Positions 10,131 to 19,938 are shown, counted from the stretch's first letter. The stretch: DNA of 64,000 nucleotides from Myxococcota bacterium (GCA_963674735.2 CAXXQS010000002.1:1696001-1760000), one strand, 5' to 3'. Numbers and translations: made by a program. The notes: generated by a model not told the origin, from the sequence alone.

Positions 10131-10133
10131 ACC

Positions 10134-11126
10134 ATGGCGGCGTTAACTCAGCTTCAAAAAGCGGTTCTGATTATCGTATCTCTAGGTAAAGAGGATGCGG
10201 TGGGCGTAATCAAGTCGCTGTCCAATCGGGAAATCAAGCGGCTTTCCAGCGCCGTCGGTAGCGTCTCGAAAGTGACACCGGAAGAAGTGATGGAGGTGCT
10301 GGAGGAATTTCTCACCGAAGTCAGCGGAGATACAGGATTTTTGGCATCCGGTGAAGAGTGGATGAAAGATGTCATCGAAAAAGCGATTGGATCCAACAAG
10401 GCCCAACATCTTCTCCGAGGATTGGGCCCGAAGCAGAAAGTATTCGATTCACTTTTCGATATTGACACCAACACGCTCGCCAACCTCATTCGCAAAGAGC
10501 ATCCACAGACACAAGCTTTGATTCTGGCCCATCTCGATCCTTCCAAGGCGGCGGAAGTGTTGCCGCTTCTTTCGGATCAGGAGCAGGTGGACATCGTTTT
10601 ACGTATTGCCAAAATCAGCACGATCCATCCCGATCTCATTCACGAGATCGAGGACGCCTTGATGGAGGAGATCCAGATGATGGGTACCCTCACCACGGCC
10701 GAGGCCGGCGGCGTCGATATGGTGGTGGATATGTTGAATATTATGGAAAAGAAAACGGAAAAGACGATTCTCGAAGGAGTCGAGCAGGAAAATCCGAAAC
10801 TGGCCGAAGAAATCAAGAACCTGATGTTTGTGTTCGAGGATTTGATTCGCCTGGACGATCGTTCGCTGCAAATGGTTATGCGTGAGGTGGAATCTTCACA
10901 GTTGGTCGTAGCCATGAAGGCGGCTCAAGAAGAAATGCGGGAGCGTATCTATGGCAATATCTCGCAGCGTGCTTCTCAGATGCTACGTGAAGATCTCGAA
11001 GGTCTGGGTCCGGTCAAGCTTAGTGAAGTGGAAAAAGCCCAGAGCGAGATCGTGAAGATTGCCCTGCGCTTGGAGGAAGAGGGCCAGATCGTGGTGAGTG
11101 CGGGCTCGGAGGAAGAGTATGTCTGA
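10134..11126 (+). CDS. fliG: Motor switch protein FliG
   Basis: EHPQ and MFVFEDL motifs. Confidence 0.95.
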   Translation: MAALTQLQKAVLIIVSLGKEDAVGVIKSLSNREIKRLSSAVGSVSKVTPEEVMEVLEEFLTEVSGDTGFLASGEEWMKDVIEKAIGSNKAQHLLRGLGPKQKVFDSLFDIDTNTLANLIRKEHPQTQALILAHLDPSKAAEVLPLLSDQEQVDIVLRIAKISTIHPDLIHEIEDALMEEIQMMGTLTTAEAGGVDMVVDMLNIMEKKTEKTILEGVEQENPKLAEEIKNLMFVFEDLIRLDDRSLQMVMREVESSQLVVAMKAAQEEMRERIYGNISQRASQMLREDLEGLGPVKLSEVEKAQSEIVKIALRLEEEGQIVVSAGSEEEYV

Positions 11127-11910
11127 TATCATCCGCTCCGAACGTCTTGCCGGGATGGGGGTGGAGAATATGGTCTTTGAGGAGATCACTGAAACCCATC
11201 AGATCTCCCAGCTTGTTCTGGCTCAAAATCGAAATAAAGAACAATTCGATTCGTTACCGGATGGCGATGAATCGCAATCGGGTCGCGGAGAACAGCACGA
11301 GCCTTCGGACATACAGGATGTGGTGGATGAGTCGATGCCGTCCGAGAGCGCGGCAAGTATGGGCTTGGCCGAGATCAAAGCCGATCTGCAGCGAATGATC
11401 GAGGCCATTCAGACGAACGAAGCCCGTATTCAGGAAGCCTATGAACGTGGGTTGGAAGAAGGCGTGCGCAGAGCCACGGAAGCGCAAAGCGAATTGGCTG
11501 AACAGTATGTTTACGGTCTTGAGCGTCTTGAAATGTTGGGCCGTACCCTGGATGTGTTGGCGCGTCATGAAACGCTTGAAATCGCCCTTCTGATTTCAAA
11601 GCGGATTTTGCAGAAGGAAATTACGACAGAACCGATGCTCTTGATCGAACTGGTGAAACGGGTGGCGGCTGAAACCATGGGTCGCAAGGAACTGACGATT
11701 CGTCTGCACCCTGAAGATTTAGTGGTAATTCGGGCGCAGGCACCCAATCTGTCCGATCATTTTCCGGCCGTTGCGGAAATCACATTGGCGGAGGATCCCT
11801 CGCTTGAGCGAGGCGACTGCATTGTCGATACGGAAGTGGAGCAGATTAATCTCTCGTTGGAAGAACAACTTTCGGCGATCAAGCGCGCCATCGAGGAGGA
11901 AATCCAGTGA
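11119..11910 (+). CDS. fliH: Flagellar assembly protein FliH
   Basis: AYERGLEEG (AxxxGxxxG), IRLHPEDL, LERGDCIVDT; lies between fliG and fliI; start set at MSDII. Confidence 0.85.
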   Translation: MSDIIRSERLAGMGVENMVFEEITETHQISQLVLAQNRNKEQFDSLPDGDESQSGRGEQHEPSDIQDVVDESMPSESAASMGLAEIKADLQRMIEAIQTNEARIQEAYERGLEEGVRRATEAQSELAEQYVYGLERLEMLGRTLDVLARHETLEIALLISKRILQKEITTEPMLLIELVKRVAAETMGRKELTIRLHPEDLVVIRAQAPNLSDHFPAVAEITLAEDPSLERGDCIVDTEVEQINLSLEEQLSAIKRAIEEEIQ

Positions 11911-13250
11911 GCCTGTTCCGGATGGACAACCTGGCGGCGACGATCGAGCGCACCGAGCCTTACACCATGCGCGGAAAAGTGCAGAAGGTAGTCGGTATGG
12001 TGGTCGAGGGTTATGCGCCGCGCGCGAAAGTAGGCTCGCTCTGCCGCATCTTTCCGGGTCCGGGCGTAACGCCGATTATGGCGGAAGTTGTCGGATTTCG
12101 CGGACATACGGCGCTGATGATGGCGCTTGGCGATATTCGCGGCGTGCGTATGGGTTCCACCATCGAGGTGGCCACCGTCGAAACAACCCTGTCTGTCGGA
12201 CCGCGTTTGCTGGGTCGGGTGGTGGACGGAATGGGGCAACCGCTGGATGGCAAAGGCCCCCTGAACCTGACGGATTCCATCCCTCTGTATGGAACGCCTT
12301 TGAACCCGTTGCAGCGGCGTCCGATCACCGAGAAGCTGGAGCTTGGGGTGCGTACGATCGATGGACTGATGACCTGCGGTAAAGGCCAGCGCATGGCGAT
12401 CATGGCCGGTTCCGGAGTCGGAAAGTCGGTTTTAATGGGCATGATCGCGCAGAACACGCGGGCGGATGTCAAAGTTATCGCTCTGATCGGCGAACGTGGC
12501 CGTGAAGTGAACAATTTCATTAACAATATCTTGACCGATAAAGGGCTGGCCACCTCTGTGGTTATTGCAGCTGCTTCCGACCAGCCACCGTTGATTCGTA
12601 TGCGTGGCGCTTTTGTCGCGACCGCTATCGCCGAATATTTCCGGGACCAGGGTCTTTCCGTTTTGTTGATGATGGATTCCATTACGCGTTTTGCCATGGC
12701 CCAACGTGAAATTGGCCTGGCGGTTGGTGAGCCGCCGACGACCAAAGGATATACGCCCTCCGTTTTTGCGGCGTTGCCCAAACTTTTGGAACGGGCCGGG
12801 ACAGCTTCGGGGGCAGGTACGATTACCGGTCTCTATACCGTTCTGGTGGAAGCCGATGATATGAATGACCCGGTGGCGGATTCGGTGCGCTCCATTCTGG
12901 ATGGACATATTGCCCTCTCTCGTGAAATGGCACAGCGAAATGTTTACCCGGCGGTGGATATTCTGGCATCGATTTCGCGTGTTATGAATGAGGTGGTGGA
13001 TGACCGCCATCAGGCTTTGGCCAATCGAATTCGCGAACTTTTAGCAAGTTATAGCAAGGCGGAAGATCTGATCAATATCGGAGCCTATGTCAAAGGCAAC
13101 AATCCGAAGATCGATGAAGCTCTGGCGCGTATCGACGATATTATCGCTTTTCAGCGACAAGGTATGCGAGAGCGTACGGATATGAAGACCGCGTTCAATG
13201 CCATGGAGGCGATTGTCAGCTCGGAAAGTCACAAGGAGGCGTCTGCGTGA
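11907..13250 (+). CDS. fliI: Flagellar export ATPase FliI
   Basis: AGSGVGKS Walker A, LIGERGREV, MDSITRFAMAQREIG. Confidence 0.96.
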   Translation: MSLFRMDNLAATIERTEPYTMRGKVQKVVGMVVEGYAPRAKVGSLCRIFPGPGVTPIMAEVVGFRGHTALMMALGDIRGVRMGSTIEVATVETTLSVGPRLLGRVVDGMGQPLDGKGPLNLTDSIPLYGTPLNPLQRRPITEKLELGVRTIDGLMTCGKGQRMAIMAGSGVGKSVLMGMIAQNTRADVKVIALIGERGREVNNFINNILTDKGLATSVVIAAASDQPPLIRMRGAFVATAIAEYFRDQGLSVLLMMDSITRFAMAQREIGLAVGEPPTTKGYTPSVFAALPKLLERAGTASGAGTITGLYTVLVEADDMNDPVADSVRSILDGHIALSREMAQRNVYPAVDILASISRVMNEVVDDRHQALANRIRELLASYSKAEDLINIGAYVKGNNPKIDEALARIDDIIAFQRQGMRERTDMKTAFNAMEAIVSSESHKEASA

Positions 13251-14002
13251 AAAAGGTCTATTTTCCCAATATGGTACCCAATCGTCGCTTAACCCGACCC
13301 CGGATTCTGCTGCTTGGTGGATTGCTTGGATTGGGGGTTTTCCTGCTTATCAGTCAGATAAACGAGGCAACCCAGGCGGACCTCTTGGATGCCATCGGTA
13401 CTCAGCCCGCTCAGGCGCAGGAAAAACTTCCGGCGAATGCGAATCTTAAAGAAGAAAATCCTGCCGATAATACGCAGGTTACCATCAACGCCCAGAAAAA
13501 AATCGACGATAAAGTTCAGGAAGGCGTTACATCGCAGGCTAGTGTTTCTCTGCAACAACGGAAAGCAAAAGAAGACGAGCTGGAGTTCAGGGAAAGTAAA
13601 CTAGGTGAAATTAAAAATGAAATTACCGATACCCTCACGACCATGCGCCGATTGCAAAACAACCTGGATATCAAGCTGAAAGAACAGCGATCGGACAACA
13701 TGAATGTGCGGGATCAACGTCTCGCAAAGCTGATCAAGATCGTAAACAGCATGCGTGCTGAAGAAGCGGCCCGTGTGTTGCCTGCCATGGAAGAGGATCT
13801 GGCGGTTAAAATTTTGGCATCCTTGTCGGGAGCCAAGGCAAGTAAAATCATGGGTGGATTGCCACCGGAGAAAGCAGCGGTGTTATCGGCGAAAATGGTG
13901 CAGCTCAAACCCGATGTTCGGCTGAAATACATCATGAAAAACTGGAAACAAATGGTCGAAGAAGAGGATAATCGTGGAAAAGCCCAGTCTAATCAAGAGT
14001 GA
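13247..14002 (+). CDS. MotE/FlbB-like protein (TM, coiled coil, MgtE-N-like helical repeats)
   Basis: IVNSMRAEEAARVLPAMEEDLAVKILASLSGAKASKIMGGLPPEKAA; position between fliI and fliK. Confidence 0.75.
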   Translation: MKKVYFPNMVPNRRLTRPRILLLGGLLGLGVFLLISQINEATQADLLDAIGTQPAQAQEKLPANANLKEENPADNTQVTINAQKKIDDKVQEGVTSQASVSLQQRKAKEDELEFRESKLGEIKNEITDTLTTMRRLQNNLDIKLKEQRSDNMNVRDQRLAKLIKIVNSMRAEEAARVLPAMEEDLAVKILASLSGAKASKIMGGLPPEKAAVLSAKMVQLKPDVRLKYIMKNWKQMVEEEDNRGKAQSNQE

Positions 14003-15611
14003 GCCGGTCAAGCCGGTCGAGAGTGTGGCGGACTATACTTCGATTACGCATGGGGTGCAGCCGGAATCCGGATTCAACGTGATTTTGGATGATTTGCACA
14101 AAGAAGTTGAAGGGAAATCGGCCACAGAAACCGAGAAACCCGGAAAAAAAGCGGCAGATGCCGCCGCCTCCCAAGCGGATCCGAAAGCTAACGGCGTGAA
14201 GTTGGGTTTCGCTTCTGCCAAAGGGCTGAAATCACCTTCGCTTTTGCAGCATCGTGCCGAAAAGGCTGCGCCTGGGCATCGGGCAGAAAGTCTCAAACGG
14301 CAAACGGTGGGTGGAACGATTCAAAAGGGACATCTGGAGCCCGCAAGCGATTGGGAAAAAGCGCAACTCACCAAAAACAAATCGGTTTTGTCGGTGGTTG
14401 GTGGGCGTAACCGTATTGAAGGGGAAGCGCTGGATTCCGCTGCGCCGCCCGATGGCCGGACAGCTCCGGTGACGTCGAAGCAGCAACTCAAAACGGGTTT
14501 GGACTTGAACGGCCGATCGGAAAGTCAGCGGGCGGACGGCTCGCCGATTTTTCGAACCGAAGAAGGTGTAGCGCGGGTTGTGGACGCGAAGAATCCGGAG
14601 AATTCCGCTGCAACCTATCTGAAAGAGGATGCATCTGAAAAGCAGATTCTGGAAGCGGCACAGAAGTCAGTCGAGAAAAAGCTGAACGATCAGGAAGCGC
14701 CGCGAACGGTGCGGGAGGCCTTCGTTCGACAAAACGAGCAAACCCGGACGGAGGCAACGGCCCGCGTTACGGTTGGCGTGAAAGACAACGAAGCCAAGTT
14801 GGTTCAGGATCTACTTGATAAAAGCGCTCCTTCCAAGGAACGAAACAGTCGGGATGGCAACATCAAGGCTGTTGCCGAGTCGAAAGGCAAAACCGCGAGT
14901 GACACGCGGGCGCAGTCCCGCCAGGCAACCGCAGCGGAAGAGGTGAAGACCGAGCAGAGCCAGGAGAACAAAGAGGCGGAACGTCCGGTAGCTGCGGTGC
15001 AGACGGAACGTAACGAGGCTTTTGATTCACGGTCGGAAGAGGCGGCTTCTTTCCAGGTGAAAGGCGCATCACGACCGGAGTCCGCTGGGGCTTCCGTGGC
15101 TCGTGAGGCTCATGCCGCAATGGCGTCTGTTACGGTGGAGGCGGGGGATGTGGCGCGTGCTCTGGAAAACGGGCAGCGGCCACAGGCGATTCAACGGATG
15201 ACGGAAGTCTTGAATGCGCGGATGAATTATATCGTCGAGAATGCTCGCCCGGAACTGCGCTTGCAACTGACACCACGCAATCTTGGAGATATTCAGATCC
15301 GGCTGGTGGAAATGAAGGCGGGTACCGAAGTGCGCGTGCGTGCCGAGCGTGAATCGGTGGGACGCGTCCTTGAATCGATCGTGCCGCAGATCGTTCAACA
15401 GCTAACACGAGCGGGCGTTCAGGTGCAGAGCGTCGATATCGATTATACAGGAATGGATTTCAATCAGGCTCCCAACGATGGTGATCCTTCGCAAGGCGGA
15501 ACGGACAACCCCTTCGCGTCGGATCATCCTCAACAGGAAGAGGCTCGGCCGGATGCGGCGATGAAGAGTAAGCCGTTTAAGGGCGAAGACGGCATCGATG
15601 TCGTTGCCTGA
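13974..15611 (+). CDS. fliK: Hook-length control protein FliK
   Basis: Disordered N-terminus and C-terminal LRLQLTPRNLGDIQIRL domain; upstream of flgD. Confidence 0.85.
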   Translation: MEKPSLIKSEPVKPVESVADYTSITHGVQPESGFNVILDDLHKEVEGKSATETEKPGKKAADAAASQADPKANGVKLGFASAKGLKSPSLLQHRAEKAAPGHRAESLKRQTVGGTIQKGHLEPASDWEKAQLTKNKSVLSVVGGRNRIEGEALDSAAPPDGRTAPVTSKQQLKTGLDLNGRSESQRADGSPIFRTEEGVARVVDAKNPENSAATYLKEDASEKQILEAAQKSVEKKLNDQEAPRTVREAFVRQNEQTRTEATARVTVGVKDNEAKLVQDLLDKSAPSKERNSRDGNIKAVAESKGKTASDTRAQSRQATAAEEVKTEQSQENKEAERPVAAVQTERNEAFDSRSEEAASFQVKGASRPESAGASVAREAHAAMASVTVEAGDVARALENGQRPQAIQRMTEVLNARMNYIVENARPELRLQLTPRNLGDIQIRLVEMKAGTEVRVRAERESVGRVLESIVPQIVQQLTRAGVQVQSVDIDYTGMDFNQAPNDGDPSQGGTDNPFASDHPQQEEARPDAAMKSKPFKGEDGIDVVA

Positions 15612-15670
15612 CCGAGCCGGGATGCGTTGAATGGCGCATCATCAGATCACGCGAAAGGAGGTGAAATAAC

Positions 15671-16342
15671 ATGAGTTCAATCAATGATGTTCTGAACACT
15701 CAGGCGTCCACTTTCGACACGAGCACCGCGACCGGGTCCACCGAAATGGGGAAAGAGCAGTTCTTGCAATTGCTGGTCACCCAGTTGGAAAATCAGGATC
15801 CAATGAATCCGATGAACAACGAAGAGTTTGTGGCTCAGTTGGCGCAGTTCTCCAGCCTGGAACAGCTGGTGAATGTCAACGAACGGCTCGATTCCATGTC
15901 GATGTCCATTCTGTCTCAGAATAGCGCATCGGCCGTCAATTTCATCGGCAAAGATGTGGCGGCGATGGCGGATTGGGTCGAGTATGCGGGCGAAGGAACC
16001 GAGAGCGACATCAACTTTGACTTGTTGAGCGATGCCGAAGATGTCACATTGACTCTTAAGGACGATGCCGGCAAGACAATCAAGACGGTCAACCTTGGCG
16101 CGCAAAGTGAAGGACGTTCTACTTGGGCTTGGGACGGCAAGAACAGCGACGGTTCTCCGATGGAGGCCGGGACGTATCACGTTGAGATCACGGCTAAAAA
16201 TGCGGCCGGTGAGGATGTCAGCGGGTTCCATGTCGCACAAGGCCGCGTAACGGGCATTTCGTATGAAAACGGGTATCCCGAATTGTTGATCGGAGATCAG
16301 CGTTTGACGCTCTCCGATATCATTGAAGTCTTGGAGGACTGA
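15671..16342 (+). CDS. flgD: Hook capping protein FlgD
   Basis: FLQLLVTQLENQDPMNP, QLAQFSSLEQ, WDGKNSDG. Confidence 0.95.
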   Translation: MSSINDVLNTQASTFDTSTATGSTEMGKEQFLQLLVTQLENQDPMNPMNNEEFVAQLAQFSSLEQLVNVNERLDSMSMSILSQNSASAVNFIGKDVAAMADWVEYAGEGTESDINFDLLSDAEDVTLTLKDDAGKTIKTVNLGAQSEGRSTWAWDGKNSDGSPMEAGTYHVEITAKNAAGEDVSGFHVAQGRVTGISYENGYPELLIGDQRLTLSDIIEVLED

Positions 16343-16343
16343 T

Positions 16344-16742
16344 ATGACGGATCGCCTCAATCCAACCGGTGCGGCGGGAGTCGGCTTTTCCGAAAAGCCG
16401 AGCCAGAACGTCGCGCGTCCCGGTGAACGGGAGGCGGGCTCACCCGATTTTCAGACGCTTTTAGAGGAGGTTCAAAACGGTGAGATCGAGTTTTCGCGCC
16501 ATGCAAAGGAACGCATCGAGCGACGAGGAATCGAACTGACCAGCGATGATTTGGCGCTTCTGAAAGAAGGGGTTCGCCGCGCCGAAAGCAAAGGCTCGAA
16601 AGAGTCGCTTCTCTTAATGGACAACAATGCGTTTGTGGTCAATGTCGCCAACCGGACGGTGATTACGGCCATGGACCAGGAAGGAATGAAAGACAAAACG
16701 TTTACCAACATAGACAGCGCCATTTTGCTGTCTCGCAAGTGA
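16344..16742 (+). CDS. TIGR02530-family flagellar operon protein
   Basis: FSRHAKERIERRGI...KGSKESL...VVNVANRTVITA...FTNIDSA; located between flgD and flgE. Confidence 0.85.
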   Translation: MTDRLNPTGAAGVGFSEKPSQNVARPGEREAGSPDFQTLLEEVQNGEIEFSRHAKERIERRGIELTSDDLALLKEGVRRAESKGSKESLLLMDNNAFVVNVANRTVITAMDQEGMKDKTFTNIDSAILLSRK

Positions 16743-16789
16743 CGGAACACAACGGAAACCGCACGGACGCGACATGACTGACATCACAT

Positions 16790-16856
16790 GAGGGCCGGCC
16801 CTCCTTCGAGGAGGCCCTCCAGGTCGCGCGGCTGCTTGCCGCCGACATCAAGGAGG
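16790..16856 (+). promoter_or_regulatory. Structured 5' leader of flgE (two hairpins plus an anti-SD)
   Basis: GAGGG..CCTCCT-TCG-AGGAGG-CCCTC hairpin, GTCG-C-GCGGC-TGCTT-GCCGC-CGAC hairpin, then SD AAGGAGG. Confidence 0.5.
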
Positions 16857-16861
16857 TTTCC

Positions 16862-18145
16862 ATGTCGATCTACGGATCTCTTTACACCGGTATTTCCGGT
16901 TTGAACTCCAATGGCATGACCATGTCGGTTATCTCCGACAACATCGCCAACATGAACACCGTGGGCTTCAAACGCTCTCGTGCCAGTTTTCAGGACATCA
17001 TGGCCTATCCGGTCATCGGTGTGGGTACGGAATCGTATGTGGGTCGCGGCAACATGCTTTCCAAAGTAGACAACGAAATGACCCAGGGATCGTTGCAGAA
17101 CACCGGCAACGGGCTCGACCTGGCCATCCAGGGAAATGGGTTTTTCGTCGTACGCGGTGTTCAAGCAGGCCAGGACGCGAATTTCTATTCGCGAGCCGGG
17201 CAATTTCATGTCGATAACGAAGGATATATGGTGAATCTGAACAACATGCGCCTGCAGGGTTATGCCGCCGATGCTTCGGGCGACATTTCGACTGTTCTCG
17301 GCGATTTGCAGTTCAAAGATTCAACTTCCCCCGTCAGCGCTACCTCGACCGTGGATCTGTCGGTGAACCTGGATGCTGAAGCCGAAGCGATTCCGGCGGG
17401 TTTCGATGTGGCCGATCCCGAAAACACCAGCCATTTCTCCACGACCATCACGGTCTACGATTCCCTGGGTGCGGCCCGCGATGTGGCGGCCTATTTCACC
17501 AAGACGGCGGATGGCAGCTGGAGCTGGAATGCGGTTGTGGATGCATCCGATAGTGCCTCCGGCAACACGGAAATCCAGGCTTCGGGTACGCTGGCCTTCG
17601 ATACCGATGGTAAGCTGGTAACCGTTACTACGGCGTCGAATAGCTTCAATTTCGATGGAGCGACGGCAAACCAAGCGATTGAATTCGATTTCGGCGATCC
17701 GATTTCGGATGGGGGCTCCGGCTTGATCGGGTCGACACAGTTTGCCTCTTCCTCGACGGTTACGTCACAAGGGCAAGACGGTTATCCGGCAGGTGATCTG
17801 CAAACCGTCCTGATCGATGAGGAAGGCATGATTGTCGGAACCTTCACCAACGGTCAACGGCGCACCATGGGGCAGATCGCCCTGGCCGATTTCCGCGGAA
17901 ACGGTCTGCGTCGCATGGGGGGCAACCTTTGGCAAGCCACGACCGAAAGCGGGGATGCTTTGATCGGCGCGCCCAGCTCGGGCACTCGCGGTGGGATCAG
18001 TTCATCGCTGCTTGAGCAGTCCAACGTGGACTTGGCGAGCGAATTTGTGGATATGATCGTGGCCCAGCGCGGGTATCAGGCTAACAGCCGTACCATCACC
18101 ACGGCCGATCAGCTTCTTCAAGAGGCTTTGCAGATGAAGCGCTAA
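16862..18145 (+). CDS. flgE: Flagellar hook protein FlgE
   Basis: SDNIANMNTVGFK, DLAIQGNGFF, TVYDSLG, LEQSNVDLASEFVDMIVAQRGYQAN. Confidence 0.96.
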   Translation: MSIYGSLYTGISGLNSNGMTMSVISDNIANMNTVGFKRSRASFQDIMAYPVIGVGTESYVGRGNMLSKVDNEMTQGSLQNTGNGLDLAIQGNGFFVVRGVQAGQDANFYSRAGQFHVDNEGYMVNLNNMRLQGYAADASGDISTVLGDLQFKDSTSPVSATSTVDLSVNLDAEAEAIPAGFDVADPENTSHFSTTITVYDSLGAARDVAAYFTKTADGSWSWNAVVDASDSASGNTEIQASGTLAFDTDGKLVTVTTASNSFNFDGATANQAIEFDFGDPISDGGSGLIGSTQFASSSTVTSQGQDGYPAGDLQTVLIDEEGMIVGTFTNGQRRTMGQIALADFRGNGLRRMGGNLWQATTESGDALIGAPSSGTRGGISSSLLEQSNVDLASEFVDMIVAQRGYQANSRTITTADQLLQEALQMKR

Positions 18146-18169
18146 CGTGTCTGAAAAGACCGTATTGAA

Positions 18170-18199
18170 CCAAGGGCGGAGAGCAATCTCCGCCCTTGG
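18170..18199 (+). terminator. Strong hairpin after flgE (terminator or mRNA stabiliser)
   Basis: CCAAGGGCGGAGA-GCAA-TCTCCGCCCTTGG, perfect 13-bp stem with GNRA loop; no U-tract. Confidence 0.6.
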
Positions 18200-18202
18200 C
18201 GC

Positions 18203-18236
18203 GTCAAGGCCCTGACACCTTTCGACAAACTTTGAC
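18203..18236. promoter_or_regulatory. FleQ/FlrA-like activator box(es) upstream of the motA promoter
   Basis: GTCAAGGCCCTGAC at 18203-18216 and a partial CGACAAACTTTGAC at 18223-18236. Confidence 0.5.
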
Positions 18237-18350
18237 AGATTCTGTTCGTTTGATCGATCCCCTTGGTTCAAGCTTGTAAACGTTAAATAAAAACAAGTGT
18301 AATTACATGGTGTTGCGCTTTTATGGGTGACGTTTTCCCCTAGCTCGACT

Positions 18351-18367
18351 TTGGCATATGGTTTGCA
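18351..18367 (+). promoter_or_regulatory. sigma54 -24/-12 promoter of the motA-flhB operon
   Basis: TTGGCATATGGTTTGCA, GG-N10-GC spacing. Confidence 0.85.
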
Positions 18368-18426
18368 CTTTCGGCCATTGGTTTGTTTTGTTTCACGGCT
18401 CATTTTGACTATGGAGAAAGAGACTT

Positions 18427-19200
18427 ATGGATCTGGCAACCATTATCGGATTGGTAGGTGCCTTTGGCGTGGTGATCGCCGGTATTCTGGTCGGATCGTC
18501 GATTCTCATTTTTATCGATATTCCGTCCGTCCTGATCGTCGGTATCGGCACTCTTTTTGCCGCGACGTCCGCCTATCGGCTCGGTGATATGGTCAATCTT
18601 GTGCGTGTGCTTAAAAACGCGTTTTTCACCTCGCAAAAACCCATCCAGAACATCGCTCGCACCATGATTGAGATGTCCATCCGGGCTAGAAAAGAGGGCT
18701 TGCTGGCGCTGGAGTCCATGCTCGGCGAAACCAAAGACGCTTTTTTAAGCAAGGGCATCCAATTGGTTGTGGATGGTCATGAAGTCGAAGATGTCGATAA
18801 AATTCTTTCTGCGGAAATCGAAGCGATCGAAACGCGTCACACCTTGAGTTCCGAGATCTTTTCCACCCTCGGAGCTTTCGCCCCGGCGCTTGGTTTGATC
18901 GGTACCCTGATCGGTCTGATCCAGATGCTTCAAAACATGGATGATCCGTCCAGTATTGGTCCGGCCATGTCGGTCGCCCTGATCACGACGTTCTACGGCG
19001 CTATTCTGGCCAACATGGTGTTCAATCCCTTGGCGAACAAACTTACCGTTCGAGCCAAGGAAGAAACCGAGATGAAAGAGATGGTTCTCTCCGGAATCCT
19101 GGCCATCTCAAATGGAGACAACCCGCGTATCGTGGAACAGAAATTGAATGCGTATCTATCCCCGAGTCAGCAGATCGATATGTTCGGCGCGGACGATTAG
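18427..19200 (+). CDS. motA: Flagellar stator A subunit (MotA/PomA-like)
   Basis: ARKEGLLALE, APALGLIGTLIGLI, ALITTFYG, GDNPR. Confidence 0.93.
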   Translation: MDLATIIGLVGAFGVVIAGILVGSSILIFIDIPSVLIVGIGTLFAATSAYRLGDMVNLVRVLKNAFFTSQKPIQNIARTMIEMSIRARKEGLLALESMLGETKDAFLSKGIQLVVDGHEVEDVDKILSAEIEAIETRHTLSSEIFSTLGAFAPALGLIGTLIGLIQMLQNMDDPSSIGPAMSVALITTFYGAILANMVFNPLANKLTVRAKEETEMKEMVLSGILAISNGDNPRIVEQKLNAYLSPSQQIDMFGADD

Positions 19201-19221
19201 GCCTTAGGCGGAGTTGGATAA

Positions 19222-19938
19222 ATGTCCAAGCGCAAGAAAAAAGAAAAAGAACCCAAGGCAGACAGCTTTACTGCCCTGTTTCTGGCTCTTACCATCATCC
19301 TGCTGGCCTTCTTTATTCTGTTGAATTCGATTGCTGAATTGGATACGCAACGCTGCAAGCGGGCCTTACGTTCTTTCCAGGCCGCTCGTGCCGGGATGGG
19401 GATCTTCGGTATGGGTATTGGACTGGATGAAACCAGCAAAAGTCCCGGTGGACCCGACTCGAAACTGACTATTTTAGACAACGTCCACGATCTCATTCAG
19501 CAATCGCTGACCAAATGGGGTGAAGGAAAAACTTGGATCGATGCTTACGAGGATGAGCGGCGATTGGTTATCAGTCTTCAGGATGTCGCGGTTTTCGATG
19601 CAGGTTCGCAAACCCTGCATCCGCGCATTTTCGGCTTTCTTGATGGTGTTGGGCAGATTGCCAAGCGTATTCAGGTTCCGATCACCATTCAAGGGCATTC
19701 CGATGCGACACCCTCGGGTGGTAAAGCCAGCAACTGGGAATTGTCGGCCGCTCGCGCCGGGGAAGTGGCCCGCTATATGACCGAAGGCGTGCATCTCCCG
19801 GAATCGTTGGTTGAAGCCGAGGCGTTTAGCTCCAATCGCCCCATTGCCGACAATTCGACCGCTGAAGGGCAGAATCGCAATCGCCGTGTCGATATGGTTT
19901 TCTATAAACGTGATTTGAATCGGCTTAAGGGACAGTAA
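19222..19938 (+). CDS. motB: MotB/OmpA-family stator B-like subunit lacking the conserved TM Asp
   Basis: TM FTALFLALTIILLAFFILL; intact OmpA-like motifs GHSD, NWELSAARA, NRRVD. Confidence 0.8.
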   Translation: MSKRKKKEKEPKADSFTALFLALTIILLAFFILLNSIAELDTQRCKRALRSFQAARAGMGIFGMGIGLDETSKSPGGPDSKLTILDNVHDLIQQSLTKWGEGKTWIDAYEDERRLVISLQDVAVFDAGSQTLHPRIFGFLDGVGQIAKRIQVPITIQGHSDATPSGGKASNWELSAARAGEVARYMTEGVHLPESLVEAEAFSSNRPIADNSTAEGQNRNRRVDMVFYKRDLNRLKGQ

